Notes under the pieces: model-generated
What the model was told of the DNA's origin: nothing
Seen by the model: the letters and a program-made list of their open reading frames with translations, nothing else
Databases searched by the model: none
Shown here: positions 1 through 12,790 of the stretch, piece after piece
Position numbering within the stretch: position 1 is the stretch's first letter
Layout: every line of letters starts with the position of its first letter
Assembly (NCBI GenBank): GCA_012295275.1
Contig: CM022669.1
Coordinates: 8,370,001-8,434,000 of the forward strand
From: Chrysomallon squamiferum
Taxonomy: Eukaryota; Animalia; Mollusca
Direction of reading: 5' to 3'
Length of the DNA: 64,000 bases
Made by a program: the position numbers and the translations under genes

Positions 1-391
1 TACACACGAAACTCTACACGACAAATTTTGAAGAAAAAAAAGTCTTGGAGCACTGGTTTGAATTGGAAACACAGCAGAATGGGATTATATGTAGATATCA
101 AGTCTGTACTTTAGTTCAAAGAAAGAAAGAAAAAAGCAGACAATAATTTAAATTCTTTAAACAGAAAACGGGCAAAAGAAGTGAAAGAAGTAAAACGAGA
201 ACAAAAAAATGAAGTAAAAAAAAATGAAGGAAAAACAGAAAAGTAATGAGTTAATCACAAGTAGTTTGTGCCCGAAGCATTTAAAATAATCTCTTGTTGA
301 ATTATTTACTAGTTTATTTTTTTTACTCGTTTATAAGACAATGATTTGATTTTTCTTGTCTGGAATAACTCACCTACATACTTGTTAGTTA

Positions 392-856
392 AACACACAC
401 ACACACACACCTATATACACATACAGTTAAACACACACACACACACACATATATATATACACATAAACACATACATACATGAATAAATACAATCAGACAC
501 ATATAAACAGACACATAAATACACACAAACATACACATACACACATAAAAACACACTCACATACACACGCACACACATATATACATGAATAAATACAGAC
601 ACATATAAACAGACACATAAATACACACATACACATACCCACATAAAAACACCCACACAAAAACACATACACATATACATGAATAAATACAAACAGACAC
701 ACATAAATGTATCTTTTATACATTTAAAATATACATTTCTGAGACAAATACACATACATACACATATAAACACAACACATACATAAACACACAGACACAA
801 ATACATGCAGAAAGCCACACACAGACAAACTGACAGATAGACACACACACACACAG
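392..856. repeat. Degenerate (CA/TA)-rich repeat with internal ~100 bp higher-order duplication
   Basis: ATACATGAATAAATACA..CAGACAC recurs near 475, 581 and 675 inside a CA-rich tract; this explains the MCVCVY-type ORFs. Confidence 0.85.
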
Positions 857-1660
857 AAAGAAGTATAAATGAAAAGAAAAAAGGTTCTTACGAGTGCCAG
901 TTTCATTTTTCTAAAAAAAAACAGCCTGCGAGTTTATTAAAATTAAAATGTTTTGAAATCTCATTAAACAAAAGTATACATCTGTATTCATTAACTCTCA
1001 TATACCAGCATATTTAACATCCTCTGTTAAAACATATGCATAAACTGTCAGGTACAGATTCATGAATATTTATAAGCTCTGTACAGAAAATCTTTAGAAC
1101 ATATTTATCTTGAGAGATAAGGAATAAAATTAGAATAGCTTTCTTTTTTCTTTTTTTTTTGATATAAAATTGTTTACAATTTGTGAGCGACAAATATAAT
1201 TGTGTCTTGCATGTAAAAATGATATAAAAAAAATATTTTCACTGATCACAGAGTAGGGAGTTGTGTTGACTCAGATCTACACCCTGGATCTGCCAGTGTA
1301 GACTGATTTCAGTAGATAATTAAGAGTGATAGAAAACACATGGCTGCAGAATCACTGGGTGATCAGAGCAGTAGGTGAAAATCTGAGATAAAATTAATGA
1401 TTTTAATTATCTAATAAGAAAGCAAAATAATTAAAAACATTGAGGTATGGTTTATGTCAGGCTGACTGTGATAAATAGTGGTCTCAGTAGAGAAGGTGGG
1501 AAAATAACGTTTTTTTGTTGTTGTTTTTTGTAAAATATACAAAAAAAAAGAAGAAGAAAAATCATAAAATAAAACTAATCTCTGTGTTAAAGAACGACTG
1601 TTAAAAACAGAAAACGTACAAAACCTTTCAACTGATAATTTAGTTCAATTGCAACCTCTT

Positions 1661-1755
1661 GGATCAGTTGATGATATGGATCAAATGACGTTATGGATCA
1701 AATGACGTTATGGATCAGTTGATGTTTTAGATGAGCTGATGATACGGATCAGTCG
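1661..1755. repeat. 17-bp minisatellite, ~5.5 copies (GGATCAAATGACGTTAT consensus)
   Basis: GGATCA recurs at 17-bp spacing from 1661 to 1746 (one unit degenerate); two units are identical. Confidence 0.85.
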
Positions 1756-2032
1756 GTACTGAAACGTGCTGAAGGTTGTACATTATTTATAATATGAATG
1801 TTTTATTTACAGCCCGCTTCCTTCTGGAATCCTACATATTTTAATAATAGAAAACTAGATCATATTGTATCAGTTGTGACTTTGAGGTGAGGAACTGGGG
1901 TGGATCCATTTTTGAATACTTGAATATTAAAAACAAACACTGCATGGCTAATTGTTTTTTTGACAGATATATAAACGTGATGAGAATATGTACAAATTGA
2001 AAACTACATGTAAATATAAACACAAATATGGC

Positions 2033-2170
<138 letters not shown>

Positions 2171-2574
2171 CTCCCATTAGCATCAAATACTGACAAGTTT
2201 TATAAACTAATTACTTACACGCACCTTTACAGTCCTACCTACAAGACTGACATGTAACAGGTGTGATTAAACACCACACGTTTAATTACCTAAGTGAGAC
2301 ATGACACTGGACTATCAGAAAGACAGACACTGTGCTTTTAACATAATTTTATTTTCTAATAAATGTAATGACAAACTTTGTATGTGTAATTAGTGGAAAG
2401 GACACTGAAGATGAAAGAACATACAGAGCGACACGCGGACATTGCAATTTTGAAACAAAATCTAATAACACTGTGATTTCTCGCCTGATTACAGGATCGG
2501 TCCTCCTAACCATGCTCGTTAGCCTATTTTCTATTCAGACCAGAGTTCAGTGATTAGTTTACCAAAAATAAATG

Positions 2575-2635
2575 ATATTATGCTCTCCTGTTTATGGACA
2601 GGTGCATATAAAAAAATCACTTTCTGCTAATCCAG
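2575..2635 (+). mobile_element. Decayed SINE fragment (central domain)
   Basis: CCTGTTTATGGACAGGTGCATATAAAAAAATCACTTTCTGCTAAT aligns by eye with the same block in the copies at ~11760, ~12700, ~43310 and ~57605. Confidence 0.55.
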
Positions 2636-3582
2636 CGCACATTGTTGGACAGAACTCTCTTGTGAGATCTGAACGTGTGACCATGACAAGCGTGTTTCAA
2701 CCGTTCTCTTATAGAATCATTGAGTCCCAGCATTGATCTTACTCTTTCACAAGATGATTAAAAAAAACCCAAAGATACCGAGACGAAAAAAAAAACCCTG
2801 CTATTAACCATCTACTGAGTTGTCTTTAAACGAGTATTTCTTTTTTTTTTTTTTTTCTTTCTTTGAAATGTGATAGACAAAATGATAAGACGAATCTTCA
2901 ATTATTTTGTAAGGAGCTTGACGACGGAATTATAGACAGACAGGCGGAGGGACACTGCTGTTTCGAAAAGAGGGTTGATATGCTGTGATAGCAAACTGAT
3001 AAGTGAGATTATTAGTAAAATATTTGTGATTATCTTGTAAGTTCTCGTAGATGTTGGACTGGAGTCTTCACGTTTCTGTTAGAAACTAGAACTGACTGAA
3101 ATCTCTTCTCTCTCTCTCTCTCTCTCAGATAACCGAAATATTTTAATTATTTAAAATAAATAAATAAATAAATAAATAAATAAAAACAAGTAATGGCACG
3201 ATAATAAATATTTTAATAATTATTTTCTAAATGTGGATATCGATCACAATCACCACTACCAGGACTGTTATTATACTGTACTATTACTACTTTTGAAGTA
3301 GTTGCGCTTATTCATAGTTTCCATGACGCCATATCAAGATTCAAGATTCAAGATTCAAGTTGCTCTGTACATGTGATCCTCTCACAATACGCTATTTGTT
3401 ATCATCTGTAAAAGACTAGCTGAAATTCGCTTGTTAGAAACGTATGCTTTACACGTGTTTTTAAGGATTTTAAGTGAATTAATAAAGATTGCAAAAACAC
3501 TGCTTTAGAAACGTGTTAATTTGTAACAGTTAAATACAGTTTTATGCTTTATTTTTCATTATTTAAAGTGAATATTTAACCG

Positions 3583-3662
3583 ATATCCAGAAATCTGACA
3601 AGTACAGAAATCCGGACCACTTCCGGTCCCATACGTACCGTATAAATGGTTCAGTATCTGTA
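3583..3662 (+). mobile_element. Possible solo terminus of a pogo/Tigger-like DNA transposon or MITE
   Basis: ATATCCAGAAATCTGACAAGTACAGAAATCCGGACCACTTCCGGTCCCA...ATCTG|TA resembles, from memory, the Tigger4/Zombi right end (...AAATCCGAAACACTTCTGGTCCCA...CCTG|TA). No partner TIR found. Confidence 0.35.
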
Positions 3663-3668
3663 CTGCTG

Positions 3669-3699
<31 letters not shown>

Positions 3700-3768
3700 A
3701 ACAACTACTACTACCTATAAAGCTACTACTACTACTATTACTGCAACTGCTACTACTACTACTACTAC

Positions 3769-3801
<33 letters not shown>
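3661..3801. repeat. Compound (ACT)n/(ATT)n trinucleotide repeat
   Basis: Direct reading. Confidence 0.95.
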
Positions 3802-3802
<1 letters not shown>

Positions 3803-4325
3803 TGTAAACGAATTTTCATTAAAAAAACCCAACAAAAAACAAAACGAAAGGAAATAAAAAAGACAAACAAGAAAAGAAAAGATTTAAAAAAAAAGAAGAA
3901 GTTAAAAACTTTTATGTGAGAGAAACGAGAGGACACTGAAAACTGTCTGCTGATGGTTTACGTTGAAGTGATGACGGGTTTAAGATGATTGTAACAGACT
4001 AATCATCTCTCACACGTACTTGTACATCTTTCACTCTCCCGTCCACCCAGCCCTTGTGTCACACTCACACACAATCAACTCGCGTGTTGTACAAATGGAA
4101 ACAGAAAAAGAAAGAAAAGAAAAAAGAAAAAGAGTAAAAATTTTAAAACGTTTTGTTGAAATGAGTTAAGGGATAAGAAGAAAAGAGGTAAAGAGAGTGA
4201 GGAAAAGAAAGAAGAAGAGAGAAAAAGAGATAGAAAAGATAGAAGAATGAAAGAAAAAAGGATAGAGATTAGGGCAGGAGAGAGTAGACAGAAACAATGG
4301 CAACAACAACAACAACAACAACAAC

Positions 4326-4371
<46 letters not shown>

Positions 4372-6274
4372 ACTGGAACAAAAAAACAAACAATAAAAAA
4401 ACAAACAATGCTGACAAAAACAATGATAGCAACAACAATAATAATATGAATAATAATAAATGAACAACAACATATTAACAACGCCAGCATTACCACAGAA
4501 GTATTATTAATAATAATAACAACAAACATTAATAAAAAATAATAACAATAATAAGGAAAGAATCCATTAAAATTGGAGGACGTATCGAAAGAAATGTTTT
4601 AAATAATAAGTTGACCAACTACCGGATGTTTACGAAAACACACGATGATTTTTGTCTATTAAGTGGGGTTTTTTTTTTCGAGTCTGCTGTACATTTCTGA
4701 TTTAATTTTCCTCTCACAGAAATCTTTGTGTTTGCAGGGATTATTTGTAATGTTCGTGTTACGTAAAACCTAACCAGATTACCATCTTTTACATCACGGC
4801 AGTGGTTAAGTCCTGACTTGAAGGATTTGTACAAATTGGCAGAGAGTTAGCTTATTAATGTTTGAGAGAGGAGGGGATGGGTGGGGGGAATACCACGTAG
4901 AAATTAGGACAAGTCAGTTTTGATAAAGTTATTTTCCTACACTCCACGGATTTATTTAAAACAAACTAATGGGGGAGGGTGGAAGCAATGGGGGAGAGAT
5001 TTTGCGCAGACGCTGATGTCATCTTAGTATTAACTGAATTTAAAATCAGGATTCGGTTTTGTCTTTAGACTGAATTAAGTGTGATAGTTTTTCAGAGATC
5101 GTCCTATGTTTTTCTCTGTTTCAGGGTAGGTGCACATCGCTGCTAACTTACAGCATTTTAAAATAAAATTTATTTGTTTATTTATTTATTTATTACTATT
5201 TTTTTTTATAAATCATTACATTCTTATAGCATTTAAAATATTTAAGTACATCATATACCATAGTATCACAGTGTTACTGTCAATGACAGAAACAAAAAAA
5301 TATCTAAAAGGACAGATATAATGGTAGACAGCTCTCAGTTTAAACAGTGTTGTCATCTGACATTTTCAGCGTGCTGTTTCTCCTGTACCTTTAACCCACG
5401 AAGACAAAATCCAAACAGAGAATTTTCACGGAGAAGCCAACCAAACACGTAAAGCCATTAAGAGGGAAACACTAAATAAATGTCAAATGTCTTATCTGTG
5501 ACCAGAAACACACCATGCCAGACTATGTGTAGTATGAGCAGGAAAATTTATACATCGCTCGTTTTCTTCTTTCAGGTGGAATGTGGCTTCTGTAGATGGT
5601 AATGTTCAGTGATAGAAATAGCTGGGTGAAGGTGGGTACTTCTTTTTATATATTATTAGTAATTTTATTACAGATGAATGCAGGGATTTCAGACATGGAA
5701 CTAAACGGATGAAGGTTTGTTTTGTGGATGAAGATATGTGAATTATTTATTTGCAAGATAGTTTTTTTTAGGGAAGGTAGGTTTTGTGGTTGTTCAGTGT
5801 TGAAAATGGATGAAGACAGGTACAAAAGTGAAATGGTTTATATAATAATAGTGATCATATGTACAAAAATGTAACTAGTTTTTTTATAATTTGTTACCAA
5901 CTCAACCAAGCCATGATTCTATCAGTCGATTGGACTTTTCATCCCTCCATCCAAGCATTCATACATCCATACCTTCATCTATTCATCATTCGGTTCAGTA
6001 GAATTCATCAAAATCCTGTGATCTGTCTGTTAACCTCATTCACGTGTGAACTAGCATTTTATTAAAAATAATAATAATAAAAAAAACACTAAAGAAAATA
6101 AAATCAATGTGTAGTTTAAAAAAAGAAGAGAGGAAACAGTGCTTCTCACTCAGTTACCTCGGCATTTCGCGTCTTATTAATTTGTCAAGTGTAAAAACGT
6201 TATTCTTCACTGTACTGTTAAAAACTGTCATGAAAATGGATCAATGTATTCGTTGTTTGAAAAGTGTCGATAAA

Positions 6275-6345
6275 GATATAGACGAGTGGTTAGAGCATTG
6301 TCCCCGGGCGTGATTAGTAACAGGTTCAATTCCCTTCATTGCAGC
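6275..6345 (+). mobile_element. tRNA-derived SINE head relic (Pol III A and B boxes)
   Basis: A-box-like TAGACGAGTGGTTAGAGC at 6279-6296 and B-box GGTTCAATTCC at 6323-6333, at tRNA-like spacing; no intact cloverleaf. Confidence 0.5.
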
Positions 6346-6807
6346 TTTGAATCTATTCTTAGGTTAAAGAAAAAAAAAGAATAAAAATAAATAGAAGAAA
6401 ATAGAAGAAAAGGAAAAAAGAAAAGATAGAAAAAATACTGAAATAAATATATCTGTAGTGTGTTTATGTATATATATATATACACACATACATACATACA
6501 TACAAGAAAAGTTTACAGTACTAAAATAAATCTTTCTCACTATATTGATTGCTTTATTTCCTGCTGCAGCTGCTGCCCATTTATCACATGCCACACTGTG
6601 CTGTCTGTGAGTTGGTACACCAAAAAAAGCTCCTTACAGCTAATCAGTAAAGAAAATAAAGAAAATGGCAGCAGCGGATTTCTCTTTCACGGTCGTAAAT
6701 AATTAAATCTACATAATGATTCATGTTAAAATATGGTGAAGAATTAAACATTCTTTCATTTTGTAAATGATTCAAATCATGCTATATTTCCAACGTATCT
6801 ATAATAA

Positions 6808-7135
6808 TTGTTTGTGTGATGTCATTTCTCTGAATGTATGCTAGTTTCTACATTGTCTGCATTTTTACTGTTTTATGACGTCATATGTGTATAGAAGTTG
6901 TTTTTATGACGTCATATCTGTATGTGTAGTTTCATCTCTACGTGTATACAAGCAGTTTCTATGACGCCATATCTCTGTAGTAATTGTTTTTGTGAGGTCA
7001 TATAATAGTCATTTTTCTATGACGTCATATCTCTGTAGTAATTTGTGAGGTTTTTATCTCTTTGTAGTAATTGTTTTTGTGAGGTCATATAATAGTCATT
7101 TTTCTACGACGTCATATCTCTCTGTGTGTAGTTTG
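6808..7135. repeat. Degenerate ~27-31 bp minisatellite containing CRE palindromes
   Basis: Unit approximates TTTTTATGACGTCATATCTCTGTAGTAATTG; perfect TGACGTCA at 6876, 6907 and 7020, with variants elsewhere. Confidence 0.85.
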
Positions 7136-7862
7136 ATTCTCGGATTCACCACCTCTGTGTGAATCGCTCATTGCAGCTGTCTTGGGCTCTGTGGATGTTT
7201 TTAACCATATGTTCTCTTCCCTGCCCTCTCCGAGTACAAGCACTTAAACAACCATCAGTAATTCATTTAATTTCTTTGGAGTTTTTTTTTTTCTTCTTCT
7301 TCTTCTTCATCTTTGCCGAATAACATCTATTGATTCCCGTAATGGAGGTAGTTGTTGTACATTAAAGAATTTCCTCTAAAACAAATTTCACTGGTGTTTT
7401 TTTTTTTTTTTTTTTTAAATTAAATCGAAGCCGTTTAGTGAAAGAATTCTAAACTTCTGTTCTTCCCTTTCTTTTCTTTCTTTTTCTTTTTTTTTTTTTT
7501 TTTTTCTTTATTTTGTTGGTCCGTCTTTTTTTTTTCTTTTTTTTTTTTTTTTTTTCTTTTTCTCTCTCTAGAAAGGAGTATTAAGTTAAAAATTGCTCAT
7601 TAGATGACGTAATTAAATTTCTTTTATGCCAAGCTCTTTGATATTTTGTCAAATGGTTTGTGTCTTTAGAGTTCACCGTGGCTGTGTGAATATCTTCTAT
7701 TTAATTTGGTGACGTGGAAAATTAGCGCTCATCGGTTTGACGTCTCAGTTTGGAAAGAGCAAGAAGTAAACGCAATTAACATTCTTTGTTTTTGTTTATC
7801 TGTTTACATATTTTGTGGTGTTCATTACAAAAACCAGTTCTAAATAAAGACAGAAAGAGCAA

Positions 7863-7952
<90 letters not shown>

Positions 7953-8100
7953 TGTTATTATTTTTGTTATTCTTGTTGTTGAAGTTGTTGTTATTATAGA
8001 TACAGTAATAGCAGTAATAATAATAGCATTAATAATAATAACAGTAATAATAATAATAATCATAATAATAATGACAACAACAACAACAATAACAATAACA
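7863..8100. repeat. Compound (AAT)n(AGT)n/(GTT)/(AAC) trinucleotide tract
   Basis: Direct reading. Confidence 0.95.
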
Positions 8101-9577
8101 ACTCAAGAATAATAAAATAAGGACAACAACGTTATTAAAAGTATATCACAAACACATATAAATATTTATCTTTCTCATAAAGTAAAACAACAAACAAAAA
8201 CAAATATTTATCAGTAACTTTACGTTTCCTACACTATAAACAAAACTGAACAATGGCAAAATCAAATCTGTTTTCACGTGGATCTAAAACTGTTGTAAAA
8301 CAACAGACAAGAAAGGCGCACAGTTTTACATATCTATAGACAACGTATTGCGACATAAAACTTGTATCCTGAATGTAATAACTTTCATTAAACGTTCTCT
8401 TTATGAAAAATCAAAACGTTATTTCCTTAGGGATAATAAAAAAAAAAAAAAAAAAAAAAAAACAAGCCCAGATTTGAAATTGTCGCTTTTTAATCGTCTA
8501 TTCGTCAGAGGCGAATAAACGATTCAATACAAACAAATAAGAAGAAATGAAAAGAGATTATAAACTTTTATTACGTAATCTCCGACATTGGTTCATGTCG
8601 GTGTAATATTATGTCTGTTGTTTATTTGTCTCAGTTTATAGGGTGGGCGTCAGGTTTTGAAGAGAATCGAGGTATTTGTGGAGACGTCTGAGAAAGCATA
8701 ATGGCTTAACAGTTAGGTGATTTTGTTTGATAGATTACGTATTGTCGTGTTTATAATTAGACGTAGGGTGGTGTGTGTTATCATACATACTGCACATGTA
8801 GGAGTTAATATAACTTGTGTATTTGAGTTCTGTCCTGACTATAGTACATTTCTGACGGTAATAATGTGATTATTTTTTATATAAATATTTCATAAATATC
8901 CTACAAAGTAGATAATTGAATTTTCATGATTTAAAATTTTTGTCAAAATATTTCAGGGTACAAGAATGCCTTTCATAGTCATGATATAAAGAAAATCGCT
9001 GAACATGCAATATCTTCATTATAAAAATTATGACAAAAAATAAAAAATAAAAAAGAATAAAAAAAGGGCGTTGCACGTACATGTCATTTTCGGTTACAAT
9101 TAGGAAAAAAATAAGATTACTGAACAAGCATGCATTTTTCAGTTAGTCGATGTTATTATTATTTTAAATCTTCTAGGCTTAGCTTAGCGGCGGTGTGACA
9201 GATTGCATTTGACATGATAGCTGATGGAAACAAATGTTACGTAACAAGATTACAGACAATTCTCATTATCTGTTGACGCATGGATGAACGTATGTTGCCT
9301 ACATCAATACTGACATTTCATCTCAGCTTCTCATTAGACCGGTCATCCAAACAATCTCGTTTAGCCTCTGTAAAACGATGTTAAGTCTATTTTTATGACA
9401 ATAATTAATAAAAAAAAAGTCTATTATTTATTATTATTAAGTTCATTTTTTGACCATGTTTTTGTTTTTTTTTCATTTTCAGCCTGGTTTATGATGATAA
9501 TAAAATCTGTTATTACTTTTTTGTTGGTCATTATTGATTTTTTTAAATTATATTTGTGACGAAAATGTCAAAATCTG

Positions 9578-9632
<55 letters not shown>

Positions 9633-10169
9633 TTTTATTAAATTATTAATTTGTTATCATTTATTACCGTTTTGTTATATGAATTATTTTTATCTGTATC
9701 TCTGATCTATCTATCTGTCTATGTATGTATGTTTCTATCTGTCTATCTATCAGTTTGTATAAAATGCATATTCAGTATTATATTTTGTTTGTAATAGTAA
9801 CTGAAATAGTAGTAATATTAATAGTATTGGTAATAGTATTTGGAGCAGTGGCAGCAGCAGTAGTAGTAGTAGTAGTAGTGGTAGTCGTAGGAATAGTGAT
9901 GTAGTAGTAGTAGCACAGGTAACAATCACAATAATAACAATAGTTTTAGCAGCGGCAGCTAAAAAATTTTAATGAAAATGTTAACTATGATGATAATAAT
10001 AATTATGTTAATGACTTTAATCATTATATAAATGACTTTGATGATAAGAATGATTATAATAACACAGCATCAGGCACTTATTTGTCAGTCATCGTCTCTG
10101 AAAGAAAATCGTAAAAAAAAAAAGAAAAAAAAAAAAAAAAAAAAAAAAGAAGAAGAAATCTTTAAAGTG

Positions 10170-10486
10170 GATTTCTTCTCGTTCTTCGTTCGACGGGGAG
10201 CTGCCGTGATACCTGACGTACGTAACGACGTTACGAGAAGTTGAAGAATTTATTGCCTGTGACAACGTCATCCATTATGACGCCCCAGCCAATAACCTGC
10301 GTTGTCGCTGGTGTCGGAGTGGGATGATGGAAGGAGTCGGAGTGAACCGGGCTTTGTCTCGGAAACGATCGAGAGAAAAGTCTGAACTGACGCACGTGAA
10401 AAGATCTCGACGATTTATTGACGAGTTTTTTTTATTTTTATATATACAGCTTCGATCTGGTGATTCGCGTCTCTGTTATAGTAAGT
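10170..10486 (+). promoter_or_regulatory. CpG-rich promoter / first non-coding exon candidate ending at a GTAAGT donor
   Basis: About 28 CpG in ~300 bp against an AT-rich background. CRE half-sites TGACG/CGTCA at 10214, 10266, 10278 and 10388; AGCCAAT at 10287-10293; E-box CACGTG at 10393; GTAAGT at 10481-10486 followed by T-rich intron-like sequence. Confidence 0.55.
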
Positions 10487-10937
10487 ACAGGCTCTTACGG
10501 TTTTATTATTTGTTTATGGTAATTTAGAAAGTATTACTGTGTGCTTTATTGCTGCTATTCATTTTTTTTGCTTTACTAAGGATTGGATTATTATTATTAT
10601 TATTATTATTATTAATATTATTATTTTTGTGGGGTTTTTTGTTGTTGTTTGTTTTTTTAATGTGAACAGATTAGTTTATTTTTTTTTTTTTTTTTTAAGG
10701 TTTTAATTTAATTTAATTTAATTTAATTTTATTTAATTTAATTTTATTTTATTTTATTTATTTTTTATTTATTTACTTACTTATTTCAGTATTAAATGTT
10801 TAAATTAAAAAGTGTTTGGAACACTTTGTTTATTTTTGGATGGTTCGTAAAACAGGCTGTAGTTGATAAATATTCTGTAGTTGTTGTTTTTTTTGTTTTT
10901 TTTGTTTGTTTTTTTGTGATGGATTTATCTTGTATTT

Positions 10938-11262
10938 ATCCACTACTAGCACTACAACTATTACAACTACCACGACAACTATTACTACTACCACTACTGT
11001 TACCACTAACATTACTACTACTAATACTACTAATAACCACTACCACTACTACGACTATTACTGCTACTGCTGCTACTACTATTACCATTACCACTACTAC
11101 TGCTTCTACTTTAACTACCACCACAACAGCTGTTACTACCTCTGCTATTACTATAACCATTAGTAGTAACTTCAGTAACAACTACAATCAAACCACTATT
11201 ACCACTGTAACAACAACGACAGTAACAGCAATTACTACTACAACCACTACTACTACGGTAAC
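10938..11262. repeat. Degenerate (ACT/ACC/ACA)n trinucleotide tract
   Basis: Direct reading; source of the Thr/Leu/Tyr-rich ORFs. Confidence 0.9.
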
Positions 11263-11460
11263 TTTTATATATATATTTTTTTCTTTTGTAATGGATTAAT
11301 AATTAACACTGTTTGCAAATTTAAAACAGATAATTAAATTAATTTTTACTGTTCGTATGTTATTAAACATCAGCAGTTCAAGCATGCATTGCCTGGGTCC
11401 GTGTTGGAGAGTTCTAATTTGATTTGCTGAGAGGTCAGACTGACACTGGGTAATAAGCTT

Positions 11461-11540
11461 ACAATTCTATTTAGTTCTACTTAGATCTACTTAGTTCCAC
11501 TTAGTTCTACGTAATTCTACTTAGTTCTACTTAGTTACAC
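11461..11540. repeat. 10-bp tandem repeat (TTAGTTCTAC) x8
   Basis: Direct reading with minor variants. Confidence 0.92.
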
Positions 11541-11624
11541 AATGTAATTCCGACTCGGCTAGTTAAATTCTCTTCCAGACACTAGACGGCCAGTTAGAAA
11601 CTACATAATTGTAGTGTTTGTCTT

Positions 11625-11895
11625 AGACGTGGATGGTCCTAGGATCAAACCCACTCAGTCTACTAACTGGGTAATATTCAATTCCAACCACTGCCCCATT
11701 ACTAGTTTATGAAACAGTCTGTTCTAACGTGTTTTAAGATACGTAATTTCTTAATTATGAGAAGGTGCACATATAACAAATTTCTTGCTGCAAAAAGGTA
11801 AGAGTAGGCCTGGAATGCTGACAGTAGGTTTCTTTTCTGTTTATCAAATAAAAATAACTAATAATTAAAATGTTTTTAAGATGTTAAAACATTCA
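11625..11895 (+). mobile_element. Decayed tRNA-headed SINE copy
   Basis: B-box-like AGGATCAAACCC, then TTCCAACCACTGCCCCA, GAAGGTGCACATATAACAAATTTCTTGCTGC...GGTAAGAGTAGGCC and AGGTTTCTTTTCT, in the same order as the other copies. Confidence 0.6.
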
Positions 11896-12559
11896 CTGAT
11901 TTAATTAATTCAGATTTTCTGTTTTACCGACATAAATCCAATTGCTGCACCACCGAATTAATCTGAAATCTAATGATTTGATTTTCTAACCAGTATTACA
12001 TTCATATTCCCTGTTAGCCTCAGATCCAATAACTTTACAACTTTACCAAAATTAAATTCAGTAGCTTCATCGTTTTCAGATCAGTGATTTGACAAAACCG
12101 AATAGTTCAAAAAAAATATCAAGTCATTTGTCCAAAATTATATCCAAAAGATTACCCATTTTTTTCCCCACCACTTAACCTCAATTTTTTGCTAAGTCAG
12201 GTTTTAGTAGACTTTTGTCCAGTCTTTTATTTAACTGTGGTGCACTGAAATAATCTTCCATTGAGCAAAGATTTATTTTATTGACTTGTGTTTTGGCCAA
12301 CAGATTTAGTCGTATGAATGTCGTTATTGTGTGATGCTTTTATGACTTCCAGCAGAGCCGGCCTGTTTGTTTGTGAGAGTTTTTATTTGTGTTTTTACTT
12401 TAATGTTTGAGAGTAAAATACATATTGATTATTCCATTCTAACTCTCGTGGAGGTTTCTGAGTGTTTAATCAATTATGTTGATTGCTAATGATCTGCAGT
12501 TCAGTTCAGACAAACATGAGAAACTATAACAGCGAAGTGTGTGTGTGTGTGTGTGGGGG

Positions 12560-12790
12560 AGACAGGTGGTTTGAGTGATTGCTTGAGGCTAAATGGGTCA
12601 TCAGATCAGTCTTCTTCAATCAACAAGTTTGATTTTATCCAGTTCCAGCCTGTGCTCCGAGCTGTTTATTAAAGGCAGTGGTATGTACATTTTCTGTCTA
12701 AGGAAAGGTGATTATTAAAGATTCCTTGCTGCTAATTCGTAAAAGTAATCCACTGAGTATAACTTCAGGTTTCTTCTTTTTCATCATTAC
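12560..12790 (+). mobile_element. Decayed tRNA-headed SINE copy
   Basis: GTTCCAGCCTGTGCTCC..AAAGGCAGTGGTATGTAC..CTGTCTAAGGAAAGGTG..TAAAGATTCCTTGCTGCTAATTCGTAAAAGTAATCC..AGGTTTCTTCT, collinear with the copies at 11.6, 43.2 and 57.6 kb. Confidence 0.65.

Noticed and set aside
5565-5640. Possible coding exon after TTTTCTTCTTTCAG|GTGG
   Set aside because: Stop codons occur in all three frames within ~40 nt and the donor is ambiguous; it cannot be supported.
6275-6345. Functional tRNA gene
   Set aside because: A and B boxes are present, but acceptor and anticodon stems cannot be paired; it is better explained as a SINE head relic.
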